Shown here: positions 39,710 to 50,804 of the stretch, piece by piece | How positions within the stretch are numbered: the stretch's first letter is position 1 | Layout of the letters: every line of letters starts with the position of its first letter | Source of the DNA: Bacteroidales bacterium | GTDB lineage: Bacteria; Bacteroidota; Bacteroidia; Bacteroidales; VadinHA17 | Length of the DNA: 64,000 bases | Reading direction: 5' to 3' | Assembly: GCA_049654745.1 (NCBI GenBank) | Contig: JBASIK010000202.1 | Span: 9,111 to 73,110 of the forward strand | The notes under the pieces: model-generated | Databases searched by the model: none | What the model was told of the DNA's origin: nothing | What the model saw: only the letters and a program-made list of their open reading frames with translations | Program-made: the position numbers and the translations under genes

Positions 39710-42114
39710 GGTTTTAATTCATTTATTTTCACCTGAGGTGCCAGGGCAACACTCTCTTTTTTGACAGTCAGATTTCCAGGCAGATTAAACTGCGCGGTAA
39801 GTCTTATATCTTTTGATGAAGCACCTATTTTCACGGTATATTTTCCAGCATCTGCTATCCACGATGACGATGATTCATCAAAAGATGCCAGCGACATAGG
39901 GTCGAGAGTGAAGGTGAGAGTCTGGGATTCTCCCGGCTGCAGCAGACGGGTCTTGGCAAATCCCTTAAGTTCGCTTTCAGGCTTATGCAGACGTACGGCC
40001 GGTGCTGAAAGGTAAAGTTGAACAACCTCTTTGCCTGCCACCTTGCCGGTATTTTTCACATCAACACTTACCGTAAGGCTCCTTCTGAAGTTACTAGAAC
40101 TGAGTTTAAGGTTTGAATATTCAAAAGTTGTATATGACAGTCCATACCCAAACTCATAGGATACCGGAACATTAAAGGTATTATAATACCTGTATCCTAC
40201 ATAAATACCTTCCTCATAAGTTACTTCCGATGCACGGGGTCGCATGAAGGCAGAAATCATATCCTGCTCACCTTCCTGCTGGGGCTGAGCCTGCTCAATA
40301 ACCTTTCCAGGGAAATTTTTTGCTGACGGAACATCCTCATATTTCACGGGGAATGTTGAAGCAAGTTTTCCTGAAGGATTGACCTTTCCGGACAGAATAT
40401 CTGCTATTGAATTGCCTGTCTCCTGTCCGCCCTGCCAGGCCAGCAGGATTGCATCGGGTTGACCTTTCCAGCTGGCAGTCTCGACAACACCTCCAACATT
40501 AAGAATTACAACAACTTTTTTATTCTGTTGATGATAGATGTCACATACCGTTTTAATAAGGTTCTGCTCTTCATCAGTCAGATAGAAATCGCCTTTTTCA
40601 GCCCTACGGTCACGCCCTTCTCCTGAGTTTCTTCCAATAGTAATCAGAGCAGCATCTGAGACATTTACCATACTGTTGACAAGGTCGTTATTAACTACGA
40701 ATTCAGGCACCGGGAGGGAACCCATCATAAATCCCCTGCTTCTTGGCCGTCCTTCTTTCACAGCAGCAAGATAGTTGTTGTACATATCCATCAGGTTTTT
40801 ATTCAATGCATATCCTGCATTCTGAAGTCCCTCTACAAGTGATACGCTGTATGCCTCGTTTACATCTCCGCTGCCTGTTCCGCCGGTAATAATATCGTAG
40901 GATGTGTTCCCAAATACTGCAAGTTTCTTAATTTCAGATGCAAAAGGGAGTGTATTGCTATCATTTTTCAGGAGAACCATGCCTTCTGCAGCAGCCTGCC
41001 GGGTAACTTCTGCATTTGCCTTTAAATCGGGCTTGTTCGAAAATTTATACCCTTTAAATCTAGGTGTTTGCAAAATGATATTGAGAATTCTTTCAACATT
41101 TCGGTCAAGGACCGATTCGCTAAGTTTTCCTGATTTCACAGCTTCCAGAATAGCCTGCGACTGGTTGGGGTTTCCCGGCATGAGAAGGTCATTACCTGCA
41201 GCCATCATTGCAACAGCGTCCCTTCCTCCGAACCAGTCGGTCATTACCAGCCCTTTAAAACCCCAGTCATCCCTGAGAACCTTTGTAATCAAGTCGTAAT
41301 TTTCCGGAGCGTAAGTTCCGTTTATGAGGTTGTATGATGACATTATGGTCCAGGGTTGAGCTTCCTTTACTGCTATACTGAACCCCTTGAGATAGATTTC
41401 CCTCAATGCTCTCTGGCTTACAATGGTATTAAGGGAGTTGCGGTTTGTTTCTGCATTATTGGCAGCATAGTGTTTTGCGGATGTACCTACACCCTGCGAT
41501 TCAATTCCGTTTATGATGGATGCAGCCATCTTACCGGTAACCAGGGGGTCTTCGGAATAATACTCGAAATTTCTTCCGCACAGAGGATTTCTGTGGATGT
41601 TCATACCGGGACCAAGGATTATGTCCACGCCATACTCCAGTATTTCTTTACCCATAGCCTGGCCTACCTTGTTCACCAGGTCAACATCCCATGATGAAGC
41701 CAGGAGTGTAGCCACAGGAAATGCTGTACAATAATAAGTGTTAGGGTCATTTGGCCTTGTGGGGCTAATACGGAGACCGGCAGGTCCGTCGGCAACAACT
41801 ATTGAAGGGATTCCTAATCTTGGCACTGCATGGGTTGATCCGGCGGCACCAGGCACAATGTTCTGTGTCTCACCGATCACAGGCTCCTGTTGTTGCTGCT
41901 GGCGCCTCTGACCCTGCCCCTGCCCCTCACCGCCTGCCGGGGGTGCACCGGGCATCCGCATGCCAGCCCCAACAACAATCGATACCTTCTCCTCAAGAGT
42001 CATGGCAGAAACAACCTTTTTTACAGGGTCTCTGCCCAGCTGAGGCAACTGCTGTGCTCCTGCCTGCAGGAACAAAGCAAAAATAATTGCCAGTGTAAAT
42101 ATTCCTTTTTTCAT
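39706..42114 (-). CDS. Glycoside hydrolase family 3 (beta-glucosidase-type), exported
   Basis: 802 aa. ADGPAGLR and the catalytic-region GLVMTDW motif, with a C-terminal Fn3-like domain. A low-complexity GGEGQGQGQRRQQQQQE insert sits near the N-terminus. There is a 4-bp overlap with the downstream esterase. Confidence 0.92.
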   Translation of the reverse strand: MKKGIFTLAIIFALFLQAGAQQLPQLGRDPVKKVVSAMTLEEKVSIVVGAGMRMPGAPPAGGEGQGQGQRRQQQQQEPVIGETQNIVPGAAGSTHAVPRLGIPSIVVADGPAGLRISPTRPNDPNTYYCTAFPVATLLASSWDVDLVNKVGQAMGKEILEYGVDIILGPGMNIHRNPLCGRNFEYYSEDPLVTGKMAASIINGIESQGVGTSAKHYAANNAETNRNSLNTIVSQRALREIYLKGFSIAVKEAQPWTIMSSYNLINGTYAPENYDLITKVLRDDWGFKGLVMTDWFGGRDAVAMMAAGNDLLMPGNPNQSQAILEAVKSGKLSESVLDRNVERILNIILQTPRFKGYKFSNKPDLKANAEVTRQAAAEGMVLLKNDSNTLPFASEIKKLAVFGNTSYDIITGGTGSGDVNEAYSVSLVEGLQNAGYALNKNLMDMYNNYLAAVKEGRPRSRGFMMGSLPVPEFVVNNDLVNSMVNVSDAALITIGRNSGEGRDRRAEKGDFYLTDEEQNLIKTVCDIYHQQNKKVVVILNVGGVVETASWKGQPDAILLAWQGGQETGNSIADILSGKVNPSGKLASTFPVKYEDVPSAKNFPGKVIEQAQPQQEGEQDMISAFMRPRASEVTYEEGIYVGYRYYNTFNVPVSYEFGYGLSYTTFEYSNLKLSSSNFRRSLTVSVDVKNTGKVAGKEVVQLYLSAPAVRLHKPESELKGFAKTRLLQPGESQTLTFTLDPMSLASFDESSSSWIADAGKYTVKIGASSKDIRLTAQFNLPGNLTVKKESVALAPQVKINELKP

Positions 42115-42208
42115 ATCTTTTTAAAATTAACACATCATATTTTTATTAAAATTCTGAATATATTTTCATTCCTGTAATCCCGTGCGTCTGCTTTCAGGTA
42201 TTGAAGGA

Positions 42209-43561
<1,353 letters not shown>

Positions 43562-43589
43562 TCACCTTAAAATATACATATTTTTTCTT

Positions 43590-45278
43590 TCAGGCGGGAA
43601 GTGCTTTTCTTGCTTCGCGATCGGGATCGTTTTTCACCTCACTTACATCATCCAGCACCATCACTTCCCCGTTTTCGGGTGTGTACTTCGGCCATGCCGG
43701 TAAACCTCCACCGTCGGGGTTACCTGTTCGCATAAATTGAAGCAGGGCGCCCGACATCTGTTCAGAGAGTTTTCTTGGTCGCGGTCCGCCACCAGTGTGT
43801 GTCAGCATCAGGTCGGTATTATAAAACCAGAAGCAGATATCCGAACAATGGAATGCCCGCTGGCGGCCATCAAACAGTGGCGGTTGCCAGCAAAACCATG
43901 CAACATAAACCGGTGCAGGCTGTTTGGCTTTGGCATTTGCCAGGGTAACGACGCTCTGGCGTGTACTCATAACCATTGACCAGATTTCCACAGGTTTCTT
44001 GTCGGGAAATGCCTTTGCATATGCTTCAACTACCTCCCTGGCCTTATCACCATAGCCCGAACTGAATCCTGCTCTTTGCTTCACTCTTTCAATAACCTCT
44101 TCAAGCGTGATATTTTCGAGAGCTGCGTTATCCCTGCTTGGCGACATTTCATTCATAGTTGAGCAGATTATCATTGGTATTTCTGCAGCAAGCGGAGTGG
44201 CTTCAGGGTAATAGGGATGCTGGGGCAGAACTGTTCCATCGACACATGGATTGAAACCTCTTCTCAGTCCTCCTCCGGGTCCGGATTCTGATGCCAGTTT
44301 TGCTACAGCGCGGTTTGCCAGGGAATAATACTCCATCCATGGCATTTCGTGCAGTTTACCAATTTCCGAGGGTTTAAGCCCGGCTTCCTTAAGGATGTAT
44401 TCACCAAGTTTCTCGGCATAATCCTTATCGCCCGACATTACTCCTGCACCGCTAAGCACAACAGCTTTATGGAAAAGTCCTTTTGCGGCAGGCATGGCTG
44501 TTATTGTGGTCACTTTTGCGCCGCCGCCCGACTGTCCCATAATAGTTACATTACCCGGATCCCCACCGAAATTCTCTATGTTATCGCGAACCCATTCAAG
44601 GGCAGCAATTATGTCAAGCATACCGACATTACCGGATGCTGCATATTTATCCCCACCCACGGCAGCAAAATTTGAAAAGCCCATGGGCCCTAACCTGTGA
44701 TTTATTGAAACAAAAACTACATCACCCTTGCGACAGAAATTCTCACCATTATATCCATCCTGTTCAATGCCGTTACCGTTTGTAAAGCCCCCTCCATGAA
44801 GCCATACAAGCACAGGCCTTTTCTTGCCGTCATTAATGGCCGGGGTAAAGACATTCAGTCTGAGACAGTCTTCACTAACGTCATCATAGTTCCAATGGTC
44901 ACAGAATGACTGGTAACGGTTTGCATATCTGCCTTCCATGATCTGTGGAGCAGAATTACCCCACCATACTGCCGGGAAGACATCATCCCACGGTTGAGGT
45001 TTCTGAGGTGGCATGAACCTGTTAGGTCCTGATGTATCGGCACCATAAGGTATGCCAAGGAAGTAATATATTCCTCTCAGAATGTATCCTTTTACTTTTC
45101 CGTACCGGGTTTCGGTTACTGCAATGTCATCGCCAATGAACAGAACCTGTTCATCATAAGCGACAGGTATTCTGGAAGCAACCGTTTTGCATCCGGACGT
45201 TATCAGAGGAGCTCCGATTGCCAAACCGGTTCCGCCTGCCCCTACGGTTTTAATAAAATTTCTTCTGTTTGTTTTCAT
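43590..45278 (-). CDS. Type-B carboxylesterase with a twin-arginine signal
   Basis: The N-terminus MKTNRRNFIKTVGAGGTGLAIGAPLITSGC carries the RRxFIK Tat motif and a possible lipobox. EDCLRLNVF, VWLHGGGF and GQSGGG follow. Confidence 0.9.
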   Translation of the reverse strand: MKTNRRNFIKTVGAGGTGLAIGAPLITSGCKTVASRIPVAYDEQVLFIGDDIAVTETRYGKVKGYILRGIYYFLGIPYGADTSGPNRFMPPQKPQPWDDVFPAVWWGNSAPQIMEGRYANRYQSFCDHWNYDDVSEDCLRLNVFTPAINDGKKRPVLVWLHGGGFTNGNGIEQDGYNGENFCRKGDVVFVSINHRLGPMGFSNFAAVGGDKYAASGNVGMLDIIAALEWVRDNIENFGGDPGNVTIMGQSGGGAKVTTITAMPAAKGLFHKAVVLSGAGVMSGDKDYAEKLGEYILKEAGLKPSEIGKLHEMPWMEYYSLANRAVAKLASESGPGGGLRRGFNPCVDGTVLPQHPYYPEATPLAAEIPMIICSTMNEMSPSRDNAALENITLEEVIERVKQRAGFSSGYGDKAREVVEAYAKAFPDKKPVEIWSMVMSTRQSVVTLANAKAKQPAPVYVAWFCWQPPLFDGRQRAFHCSDICFWFYNTDLMLTHTGGGPRPRKLSEQMSGALLQFMRTGNPDGGGLPAWPKYTPENGEVMVLDDVSEVKNDPDREARKALPA

Positions 45279-45387
45279 GACTTGTTAGTTTTTATTTTTA
45301 TTTAACTGTTTAACATCTTATTATCAACATATTCATTGCAACAGGCAACAGATTGTATTTAATTACTCTCTGTAGCATTGTTCTTTC

Positions 45388-47094
45388 CTATTTAAGTTCA
45401 ACAACCCCAGATGCTTTCATGGCCGAAACAGCCGTGGCAGGCAGTTTCCAGTTATTATCAAAGAAACCTTCTGATAAAACATTATCCGGAGTTTCCTTAA
45501 AAAGAATGAAATCCTTATAGTTTCTCAGTACTTCTGCTTTCAGGTTCATAAAATTGATACCTGAACCCTGCTGCTGAACTTTTTGCGGGGTCCACCATGG
45601 TAGTCCGGAATTCACCAGTACATAATGATTATTAAGGAGGAAGATATAAACCAGACCATAATCTTTTTCCGCTTCTTTTTTCAGGTGGACAGGCAGCCTG
45701 TCGGCATATTTTGCTATTATTGAATTAGTTTCGCTTGTTCCAAACAAAACAAGGTTTGAAGTTTCAAGGTCACTCTGTCTTACCTCCCTGTCGGACAATA
45801 CCCGCGGGAAGATCATTATTCTACCCATCATTCCACGGTCGGCTGCCCAGTCGGCCGCTGCTGCTGCCTGAGCCCTTCTGGCGGCAAGCTCTTCCTGTGA
45901 AGGGTTTCCGCCTGTACCATATACATAGACGTGATTATGGCTAACGGCTGCATACATGGGGCCTTCAGCACCCGGGCCCTTTGCCGTCAGTCCAGGTGTA
46001 AACTTCTTATTAATCCAACCTCCCTGTTCCTTTGTAAAGGATACTGAGCCGCCTGGTCTGACTGAAAATGACTTACCATCAACTTTTACAGTCAGCCTTG
46101 CAGAAGGATTAAACTGGGGATGTCCTTCAAGGTTAAGTGTAAAAGCAGAGAGTTCAGTTGTAGTTACTTCAATATTATTCTGTGAAACAAATTTTGCATC
46201 AATGGTAGCAAGAGTTCCTGGAGTAAGGTTGTCAATTTTCACCCAGTATGCTTTGTTATATTTGAACCACCTGGTTGCAAACTTAACATCTGAGGGATAA
46301 TTGTTTCTTTTGAACTGGGAGAACCATTCGAAAATAAAACCGTCTTTATATGCCCACTCCCAGCTATTGTGCCCCACGCCGGGATATTCCACGTAATTGA
46401 ACACAGGGGCGTATTTCTCAAACCTTTCTTTCCATGTCAATGCTGTCTTATACAGGAAATCTTTATCTCCTACAAAAAGGTGAACCGGAAGGTTTGATGC
46501 ATTGCAAGCCAGTTCGTCTGATCCTGAGGGAGGTGCCGGACAGCATGGTGCTATGGCAGCCCATATATCCGGACGGGAAAGACCAAGCCATACCGTCCCC
46601 CCACCCCCCATTGAGAGACCGGTTAGATAAATTCTGTCTTCATCAATGTTGAATCTGCTTTTAATATCATCAAGCATCTGGTATACATCCTCTTCCGGTA
46701 TACCCTGGTATCCTGCTGTTCCCCTTGCCAGTGGAGCCGCAACGATATATTTGACTTTCTTGAGATCAGGCCAGTACCTTGTGGCTTCAAGGTCGGTTTC
46801 TATGACTACACGGTCGGGTTGAGTGAATTCCATACCGGCAATATTGCCCTGGCCAAATGCTCTTCGCAGTCCAAGTCTGTGGTTCGACATGGCCCCATGA
46901 AGAAAAATGACGAGCGGATACTTTACCGATTCATCATAATTTTCAGGGATGTAAATAGCATACGGCTGGTCTGTTTCATCAACCTTTGAGAAAAAACACA
47001 GGTCCTGTGGGCCCGGTTTAAGCTTCTGTGCCAGAAGATTTGATGAAAAAACAACTAACGTTAAAAGTACTGGAAGAACTTTCAATTTTTTCAT
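45388..47094 (-). CDS. Exported alpha/beta-hydrolase (esterase/depolymerase-like) with an uncharacterised ~280-aa C-terminal domain
   Basis: Signal peptide, YPLVIFLHGA, the nucleophile motif LTGLSMGGGG and a later GVGHNSW. Confidence 0.8.
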   Translation of the reverse strand: MKKLKVLPVLLTLVVFSSNLLAQKLKPGPQDLCFFSKVDETDQPYAIYIPENYDESVKYPLVIFLHGAMSNHRLGLRRAFGQGNIAGMEFTQPDRVVIETDLEATRYWPDLKKVKYIVAAPLARGTAGYQGIPEEDVYQMLDDIKSRFNIDEDRIYLTGLSMGGGGTVWLGLSRPDIWAAIAPCCPAPPSGSDELACNASNLPVHLFVGDKDFLYKTALTWKERFEKYAPVFNYVEYPGVGHNSWEWAYKDGFIFEWFSQFKRNNYPSDVKFATRWFKYNKAYWVKIDNLTPGTLATIDAKFVSQNNIEVTTTELSAFTLNLEGHPQFNPSARLTVKVDGKSFSVRPGGSVSFTKEQGGWINKKFTPGLTAKGPGAEGPMYAAVSHNHVYVYGTGGNPSQEELAARRAQAAAAADWAADRGMMGRIMIFPRVLSDREVRQSDLETSNLVLFGTSETNSIIAKYADRLPVHLKKEAEKDYGLVYIFLLNNHYVLVNSGLPWWTPQKVQQQGSGINFMNLKAEVLRNYKDFILFKETPDNVLSEGFFDNNWKLPATAVSAMKASGVVELK

Positions 47095-47118
47095 TTCTCA
47101 ATATTATTTAAATATTTG

Positions 47119-48144
47119 TTAATTCTCTCCTATTTCATTTAATCTTAGAAATCTTGCAGCATTGTTATATAAGATATCTCTTTTCTGTTCTTCTGTCAGG
47201 TAACTTGCATTCTGAATAACTCCGATTGAAGTTTTTATCATATCGGGGTAGCCTATAAAATCGGTGCCGTACATTATTCTTTTACCAAATCCTGCCTGAA
47301 CAAGTCTTTTTATTACCATATGTATCTCTTCAAGGGGATAACTCCAGATGAAACCTGAGATATCAAGGAAAACGTAAGCGTTCCAGCCCATGACGGCAAT
47401 AAGTTCATCAATAAACGGATAACCTGCATGCATTACCCATACTCTAAGTTTCGGGTGCCGGTGAAGGAGGTCTTCCAATTCCAGAGGGTTACCCATTGCG
47501 GCACGGAATTTGGTTCCCATAATATTTGCCATCCCGTTTCCGCCTGTACCCATATGGATACCTACCGGAATATCAAGTTCCTCTGCGATTGAAAAATACT
47601 CATCAAGTGACATGTCGCTCGGAGATATACCCTGGTACTGTGGCGCACATTCAGCCATTACCTTATAGAATCCTGATGAGAGGGAATCGCGCATCGCCTG
47701 CACTGTAATGTTTTCAGGAACACTTACACCTATTCCGGGAATTATGCGCCCTGGTGCAGATTTTTTCCACCGATAAAGAATTTCAGGATTATCACAGAAA
47801 ACAACGGCAGTAATATTTAATTTTTCAAGTGTCTCCAGAAAACCGGCAGTCATCTCATTATCATCTTTTGGTGGCTTCCATGGATCAACACAATCTTTTG
47901 AAGGGAATGACATACCTGTTTTGGGGTCAGTCCCCGGCATTTCCTCAAGAAACCATGGGCAAATTTCTCCCAGTCTGAAATTGTTTACTGAGATTGAGTG
48001 AACATGCATATCTATTATCGGAAGAGGCTTCTTTTCTGCAGGTTTTGTTTGCAAGCTCTGTTGTGCACTCAGAAAATCAGAATAATAGAAGAAAATAATT
48101 AAACATACTATTAAAAGATATAATTGTCTGGTCAGCTTTCTCAT
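47119..48144 (-). CDS. Exported amidohydrolase_2 (PF04909-like) metal-dependent hydrolase
   Basis: ATG at 48144 gives the signal peptide MRKLTRQLYLLIVCLIIFF...SAQQ. IIDMHVHS (HxH) follows near the N-terminus, with a C-terminal YGTDF. The TTG at 48168 in the ORF track is less likely. Confidence 0.75.
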   Translation of the reverse strand: MRKLTRQLYLLIVCLIIFFYYSDFLSAQQSLQTKPAEKKPLPIIDMHVHSISVNNFRLGEICPWFLEEMPGTDPKTGMSFPSKDCVDPWKPPKDDNEMTAGFLETLEKLNITAVVFCDNPEILYRWKKSAPGRIIPGIGVSVPENITVQAMRDSLSSGFYKVMAECAPQYQGISPSDMSLDEYFSIAEELDIPVGIHMGTGGNGMANIMGTKFRAAMGNPLELEDLLHRHPKLRVWVMHAGYPFIDELIAVMGWNAYVFLDISGFIWSYPLEEIHMVIKRLVQAGFGKRIMYGTDFIGYPDMIKTSIGVIQNASYLTEEQKRDILYNNAARFLRLNEIGEN

Positions 48145-48250
48145 AAGAAATATTTTAAAGTAAAACAATAAATTCCGACAATAAAAAGAAATAAAGTTAT
48201 AAAAACCTGTAAAATATTTTTTTTCAATAATTTAAAAAACCTTAAAAATT

Positions 48251-49087
48251 TCAATCAAAATATTTGCTGATAAATGCTATCGCTTTAGGCAGGCAGGTCA
48301 TCCAGAAGTTCCAATCGTGTGTACCCGGCCGTGTAATAAAATTATGTTGAATTCCTTTATCCTCAAGAAAACGGTTAAACTCGACATTGCCGGCATAGAC
48401 AAGAAAATCTTCAGTGCCTGTTTCCATAACATAAGCCGGCAGGATTGCGAGTTCACCTGGTTGCTTGCGGTTTATAATCTCCCTGATATCGGGAGCACCG
48501 TTTACACCGGGTAATGCTCCGCTCATTGAATAGCAACTGCCAAAAAGTTCAGGCCTTTTGTATGCATTGAGTGTTGCACCGTATCCTCCCATTGAAAGGC
48601 CTCCTATTGCCCTGTTATTTCTTTCCTTCTTCACCCTTAATTTATCTTCTATTGAAGGGATAAATTCAGTTATGAAGAAATCCTCATAATTAAATCCCTG
48701 ATTATTGAAATTGTTGCAATAAAAAAGGTTAAATCCCTGCGGCATAACTACCACCATTGGTTTGGCTTTCCCTGCAGCAATGGCATGATTCATTTCAGAT
48801 GCCATTCCGTTATTGATCCAGTCGCAATGGTTACCGTACATTCCGTGAAGAAGGTAGAATACAGGGTAACTTTGTTCAGTGGAGTCATACCCCGGAGGAA
48901 GGTAGACGGAATATCTCACTGTAATTCCCATAATACTACTGGATATTGTGAGGGATGTATCCGTTTTACCAGCGGGAATAATTTCTTTCATGGCCGGTGT
49001 TTCCTCCTGTTCCAACGTTTTCCGGCAGTAAACCAGTAAGAACAGCGGCAAACAAGTCATGATCAGAATTAACAATCTCTTAATCAT
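48251..49087 (-). CDS. Esterase-D family esterase lipoprotein
   Basis: Lipobox-like [19 protein letters not shown] and GGLSMGGYGA. Confidence 0.85.
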   Translation of the reverse strand: MIKRLLILIMTCLPLFLLVYCRKTLEQEETPAMKEIIPAGKTDTSLTISSSIMGITVRYSVYLPPGYDSTEQSYPVFYLLHGMYGNHCDWINNGMASEMNHAIAAGKAKPMVVVMPQGFNLFYCNNFNNQGFNYEDFFITEFIPSIEDKLRVKKERNNRAIGGLSMGGYGATLNAYKRPELFGSCYSMSGALPGVNGAPDIREIINRKQPGELAILPAYVMETGTEDFLVYAGNVEFNRFLEDKGIQHNFITRPGTHDWNFWMTCLPKAIAFISKYFD

Positions 49088-49102
49088 GGCAAAAAAAATT
49101 AA

Positions 49103-49155
49103 AAACGTACCATTTATCTATTGACGGTCTGTAGTCAAAGATAAATGGTACGTTT
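49103..49155 (-). terminator. 17-bp perfect hairpin plus T-run between susD and the downstream esterase
   Basis: AAACGTACCATTTATCT (49103-49119) pairs with AGATAAATGGTACGTTT (49139-49155). On the minus-strand transcript it is followed by UUAAUUUUUUUU, 15 nt before the esterase ATG. Confidence 0.7.
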
Positions 49156-49186
49156 AAGAAATATGAACCTAACCTAACCAACACAA

Positions 49187-50794
49187 TTACCAGCCCGGAT
49201 TTTGTTTCAGGTTTGGATTAACCATAATCTCATGTTCCGGGAATGGCAGGAATTCATGCTTCCCGGTTTTATAACCGTAAACTGAATTGGTATGCGGATA
49301 TGTAATACTATCTGTAACACCATCCTGTTTAAATCCCCAGAATGTAGGTATTTTCTGACCCTGGTTTGCGAGTGCTGCCGGAGCATCGCCCCATCTCTGA
49401 AGGTCTAGATAACGAACACCTTCAGCCCACAGTTCGAGTCTTTTTTCCTTTTTGATATCATCAAGCGTAACAGACGAAAGTGCCGGCAACTGAGCACGTG
49501 TCCTGATCTGGTTAATATAATTAAGCGCTGTTGCCTGATCGGATGGTGAAGAAAGAAGGCTTGCTTCAGCCCCAAGCAAAAGCACCTCGGCATATCTGAC
49601 ATAATGCAGGTTGACATGCCATGCAAAGCCATATCCACCATCAATTGCTTCGTTACGCAACATACGGTGTTTCCAGGAAAATTTACCGGAATGACCGTAC
49701 AATCCCTGAGAACCAACTGTCATCTGAAAGCCCGGTACTGGACAGAGGTCAAGCACCTGCTGGTAAGTCTTCATGCTGCTGGTGAGCCTGAAACCGTTTG
49801 GTCCTTCCATGTCAACAAATGCCTGGTATACTTCAGGTGTCGCATTACAGAAGCCCCAGCCTCCATAGTGAATATTGTGCAAACCAAGAAAATAGCCCGA
49901 CATATTCATATGGTCACCCCTCCAGCCAAGCATGTTCATAAGAAAACCTGAAGATGCACCAGACCAAGCATTAGCAGGGTCATTCAGTCCGATCACCTCC
50001 CAGATGCTTTCCGGTCCAAGGTCATGTACCTGGCGCAAAATATTCTCAAAGTCGGGTATTAACTGGTATTTACCTGAATTTATCACTGATGTGAATTGCT
50101 GGGCAGCTTCGTTGTATTTTTCCTGCCACAGGTATGCCTTTCCGAGAAATACCTGGGCCAGTTGCTTTGTAATCCTGGCACCAATTGATTTATCGGCAGG
50201 TGAACTTTTCTCTGGCAGAGCATTTGAACCGATGGCTTCGGTAAGATCTTTTTCGATCTGTGCCCATATTTCTACAGGGTCGCCGTTCGGTTGCCTGTAC
50301 TCACTGGGAGCAAGTGCATGAAGAACGAGAGGCGGGGTACCCCAGAAATTGACCAGATTGAAATATGCAAAAGCCCTGGCAACCTTTGCTTCAGCGATAG
50401 CCCTGTCCTGAGCAGCTGTACCTCCGTCAACATTATCTATTACCATGTTGCAACGGTAAACGAGATTGTAGAGAGAGCTGAAGAACCCTGATATTGTTGA
50501 GTTTGCCGGATTAAACGTATACTCGTTCATCTGCTCGAGATTGGGGTTATCACCTCTTCCTCCACCTCCGCATGTTACATCATCAGACAGAAGGTTATTG
50601 ATAAAGAACCAGTTAAAATACATACTTCTTATCTGAGCATAAACGGCTGCGATGGCTTCTTCTGCGTCCTGGTCGGTTTTATAGAAATCTTCTATCGCTG
50701 TGGTACCAGGTTGCTCAATATCCAGTCTGTCTTCACAGGAAATCACACCTGTTATCAGAAAGATTACCGCAATTATTTTATATAATGTTTTCAT
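49187..50794 (-). CDS. susD: SusD/RagB-family nutrient-binding outer-membrane lipoprotein
   Basis: Lipobox (GVISCED) and TPR-like helical content. It sits 10 bp downstream of the SusC barrel gene, and its length and composition are typical of SusD. Confidence 0.92.
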   Translation of the reverse strand: MKTLYKIIAVIFLITGVISCEDRLDIEQPGTTAIEDFYKTDQDAEEAIAAVYAQIRSMYFNWFFINNLLSDDVTCGGGGRGDNPNLEQMNEYTFNPANSTISGFFSSLYNLVYRCNMVIDNVDGGTAAQDRAIAEAKVARAFAYFNLVNFWGTPPLVLHALAPSEYRQPNGDPVEIWAQIEKDLTEAIGSNALPEKSSPADKSIGARITKQLAQVFLGKAYLWQEKYNEAAQQFTSVINSGKYQLIPDFENILRQVHDLGPESIWEVIGLNDPANAWSGASSGFLMNMLGWRGDHMNMSGYFLGLHNIHYGGWGFCNATPEVYQAFVDMEGPNGFRLTSSMKTYQQVLDLCPVPGFQMTVGSQGLYGHSGKFSWKHRMLRNEAIDGGYGFAWHVNLHYVRYAEVLLLGAEASLLSSPSDQATALNYINQIRTRAQLPALSSVTLDDIKKEKRLELWAEGVRYLDLQRWGDAPAALANQGQKIPTFWGFKQDGVTDSITYPHTNSVYGYKTGKHEFLPFPEHEIMVNPNLKQNPGW

Positions 50795-50804
50795 GGTATT
50801 CGAT

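Noticed and set aside
41874-41935. The GGEGQGQGQRRQQQQQE low-complexity tract in the 802-aa GH3 as a functional repeat or slippage hotspot.
   Set aside because: It sits in a loop that I recall as variable near the N-terminus of GH3 homologs. The DNA is not a perfect microsatellite and the frame is intact.
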